28,984 nt of DNA from a bacterium (GTDB lineage: Bacteria > Zhuqueibacterota > Zhuqueibacteria > Zhuqueibacterales > Zhuqueibacteraceae): the NCBI GenBank assembly GCA_044869275.1, contig JBIOXB010000098.1, positions 1-28,984 of the forward strand. Reading direction: 5' to 3'. Below are positions 26,800 through 28,984 of the stretch, one piece after another (the first letter of the stretch is position 1; the number at the start of each line of letters is the position of its first letter). The translations under genes and the position numbers were made by a program. The notes below the pieces were generated by a model. That model was not told where the DNA came from and ran no database searches. It saw nothing but the letters and a program-made list of their open reading frames with translations.

Positions 26800-26931
26800 A
26801 GTTTACGTATCTTTGGCAAAGATTTTTACGACGGATAGAAACACCCAGCTGATAAAGTTTTGTTCATCCGCCGGGTTTTTCCATCCGAGGGGAAGTATTC
26901 TCGACCTTGCCAAATTAAACGGAGATGGGAA

Positions 26932-27411
26932 ATGATCACGAATTTGCGTAAGAAGATCTTTGCTGTAATGCTGTGCTCCGGGTTTGCCTCCGCGCAAGAA
27001 CAAAAGGGATCCATCAATGATTTCGCCTGGCTCGCCGGCTGCTGGGAGCGCAGCGGCAAAGGGCGTGAAGTGGTCGAGCAATGGATGAAGCCCGCAGGCG
27101 ATCTCATGCTCGGCATGAGCCGTACCGTTGCCGAAGGCAAAACGCGTGAATTCGAGTTTTTGCAGATTCGTCAAAAAGAAGATGGCGGGATTTTTTACGT
27201 GGCCATGCCCTCCGGCCAGAACGAAACCTGGTTCAAATTGGTGAAGTATGGCGCGCACGAAGCCGTGTTCGAAAACCCCGAGCACGATTTTCCCCAGCGC
27301 ATTATTTATCGCCTGGAAAAGGACGGCATACTGGCCGCCCGCATAGAAGGCACGGTACAAAGCCAGCTCAAAGGCGTGGACTTTCCCTACCGACGTGCAA
27401 AATGTGATTAG
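26932..27411 (+). CDS. Secreted protein, DUF6265-like
   Basis: GGAG RBS, signal peptide, AWLAGCW, EQW, MLGMSRT, FENPEHDFPQRIIY. Confidence 0.75.
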   Translation: MITNLRKKIFAVMLCSGFASAQEQKGSINDFAWLAGCWERSGKGREVVEQWMKPAGDLMLGMSRTVAEGKTREFEFLQIRQKEDGGIFYVAMPSGQNETWFKLVKYGAHEAVFENPEHDFPQRIIYRLEKDGILAARIEGTVQSQLKGVDFPYRRAKCD

Positions 27412-27606
27412 GCCACGGCGTGACTTCCGCCGCCCGCGGGGTCTTGGCTTCAGGCAGCAATTGCCCAAATGCAGCCTGCGAAAGAGCGAACGAGCATAAG
27501 AGCAACTTGGGAAGGTGAATGCTGCCGGAAGTGGAGCCCAGCCCCCTCAGCGCTTAATTATGGTGGCGTTCCTGGTGCGAACGCCACCAATGATGCATGT
27601 GGCCTG

Positions 27607-28550
27607 TTATCGAACCAAGCTCATCTTCATCTTTTGAAAGAAGTCACCGGCTTTGAGGTTGAGGAAATATGTCCCGCTGGAACTGGGTTGGCCATTATCG
27701 TCTTTCCCATCCCAGCGGACCTGGTGATAACCCGCTGCATAAGGCGCGTCTGCCAGCGTGCGAACCTCTTGACCAAGAGCATCATAGACTTTCAAAACCA
27801 CGTGGCTTGCGATGGGAAGCTGGAAAAGAATATCCGTTTCCGGGTTAAACGGGTTCGGGTGGTTTTGGAACAGGGCGTAATCCGCCGGCAACGAGAACGC
27901 TTTTAACGCTCTCCCAATTTTATCATCATGCTCGTCGTCTTCGTCACCCCGGTCAAAAATGTTAAAACCAAAAGCAACGAGCTCCACTCCATCATCAAAA
28001 GTCAATCCAATTTCGGGGCAATATCTTTTAATGCTTTCCGCCCTGGGCTCCAAGGGGGTGGTTTCCAAAACTTCCACACAGCTTTCGAGCCTGCCGGCAG
28101 GAGTTTCAAGCGTTAACCCCATGCCGGTATGCTCAGCGCGATCCATGGCCACGCCCGGCGCCTGTTCCTGGAAGTATCTTGAGCCTAACAGAAAGGTTCC
28201 CGGCATGATGAGCCCGGGCATGGCACCATTCTCGCCCGCTCGCCAGGACCCTTCATTGCTCACGCAGGTGCCGGTTGCAAAGATACAGACCTCCTCGCCA
28301 AAATAAAAAATCGCGTTGGTGTTTTCGCAGCACGCGAAAAAATTTTGGGAGATCTCCACTAACTCGCCCTCCACCCATTCCCGTTCCTCCACGACCCTGG
28401 TGCTTACCGGATCGAGGCCTTCATTTCCAAGATCGACCACCTCATTTTCTCCTTGATGGTGATGAGAGTTCACCACGACAATCATCCTCCGCACAACACG
28501 AATTGCTCCGCCACACCATTGTTTCGGCATTAACTTTACACTTTCGTCAT
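27607..28550 (-). pseudogene. Secreted-type protein with C-terminal sorting domain; 5' end probably frameshifted or truncated
   Basis: Coherent protein from about 28450 downward (TRVVEERE...YFGEEV...GLIMPG...YALFQNHPNPFNPET...KMSLVR). The in-frame upstream part has no signal peptide, and the AGGAGGAG-ATG at 28550 hits TAA after 4 codons. Confidence 0.55.
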
Positions 28551-28754
28551 GGAGCTCCTCCTGGGTTATGTTAATCAATCTTGCGAAAGTCGAGGACTCC
28601 CCATCAATCGCCGGCATCCTTTGCCCGTTGAGCTTGGCGTCCAGATATTCTGAGCCCCAAGCTTTCGCGCGCCCAACGTCACGGGTCAATAAAAAATGTA
28701 AGAAATTTAACCTGAACGCAGAAAACGTGGGGCTGATTGGCAGATGTTCCGGAG

Positions 28755-28984
28755 TTACTGCGACAAAACCATTTTCTTCGTCATCACCAAACTACCGGCG
28801 CGAAGTCGATAGAAATAAATTCCACTCGCCACGGACTGGCCGAGATGGTCGCGGCCATCCCAGATCGCGGCGTGATAGCCCGGTTCTTTGGATTCATCAT
28901 CAACCAAAGCGACGACTTCCTCTCCCAGAAGATTATAAATCTTCAACGTCACGCGCTCCGCTTTCGGCAAGCCATAACGAATCG
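28755..28984 (-). CDS. 3' end of a protein with FlgD-Ig/T9SS-type C-terminal domain (runs off the window)
   Basis: IRYGLPKAERVTLKIYNLLGEEV...WDGRD..G.SVASGIYFYRL...KKMVL. Confidence 0.85.
   Translation of the reverse strand, partial: IRYGLPKAERVTLKIYNLLGEEVVALVDDESKEPGYHAAIWDGRDHLGQSVASGIYFYRLRAGSLVMTKKMVLSQ

Noticed and set aside
27469..27906. 145-aa plus-strand ORF
   Set aside because: Largely antisense to the sorting-domain gene; no motif support.

Overview
Bacterial genomic window, probably from an FCB-group lineage such as KSB1 or Calditrichota; this is an inference from four proteins ending in a 'NYPNPFNP...FlgD-Ig/T9SS-type A' C-terminal domain. In order it holds two large secreted Ig-repeat proteins, a type III polyketide synthase + ACP pair, and a complete alternative complex III (actABCDEF, actG-like) / sco / caa3-type (A2) oxidase (coxBACD) respiratory operon. 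These are followed by an orphan HigA antitoxin, an AraC regulator + DUF6265-like gene, and two minus-strand secreted-protein genes (one probably degraded, one partial). The most striking feature is that the operon is riddled with hairpins whose arms are tandem 7-8-nt repeats of at least five sequence families (GAGGATC, GACGTGA, TTACGCR, TGGAGTNN and an A-rich unit). Some copies are empty and sit at gene junctions, some are translated in frame inside ActB or at the termini of ActG, Sco, ActE and ACP, and two bracket a four-helix-bundle (23S-IVP/Avd-like) gene. This pattern suggests a gene-carrying/empty element family with no transposase in view. A parallel case is a GIY-YIG gene enclosed by a perfect 24-bp inverted repeat between coxB and coxA. 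An empty relative of that repeat at the window start has itself been invaded by a MITE that carries a REP-like hairpin.
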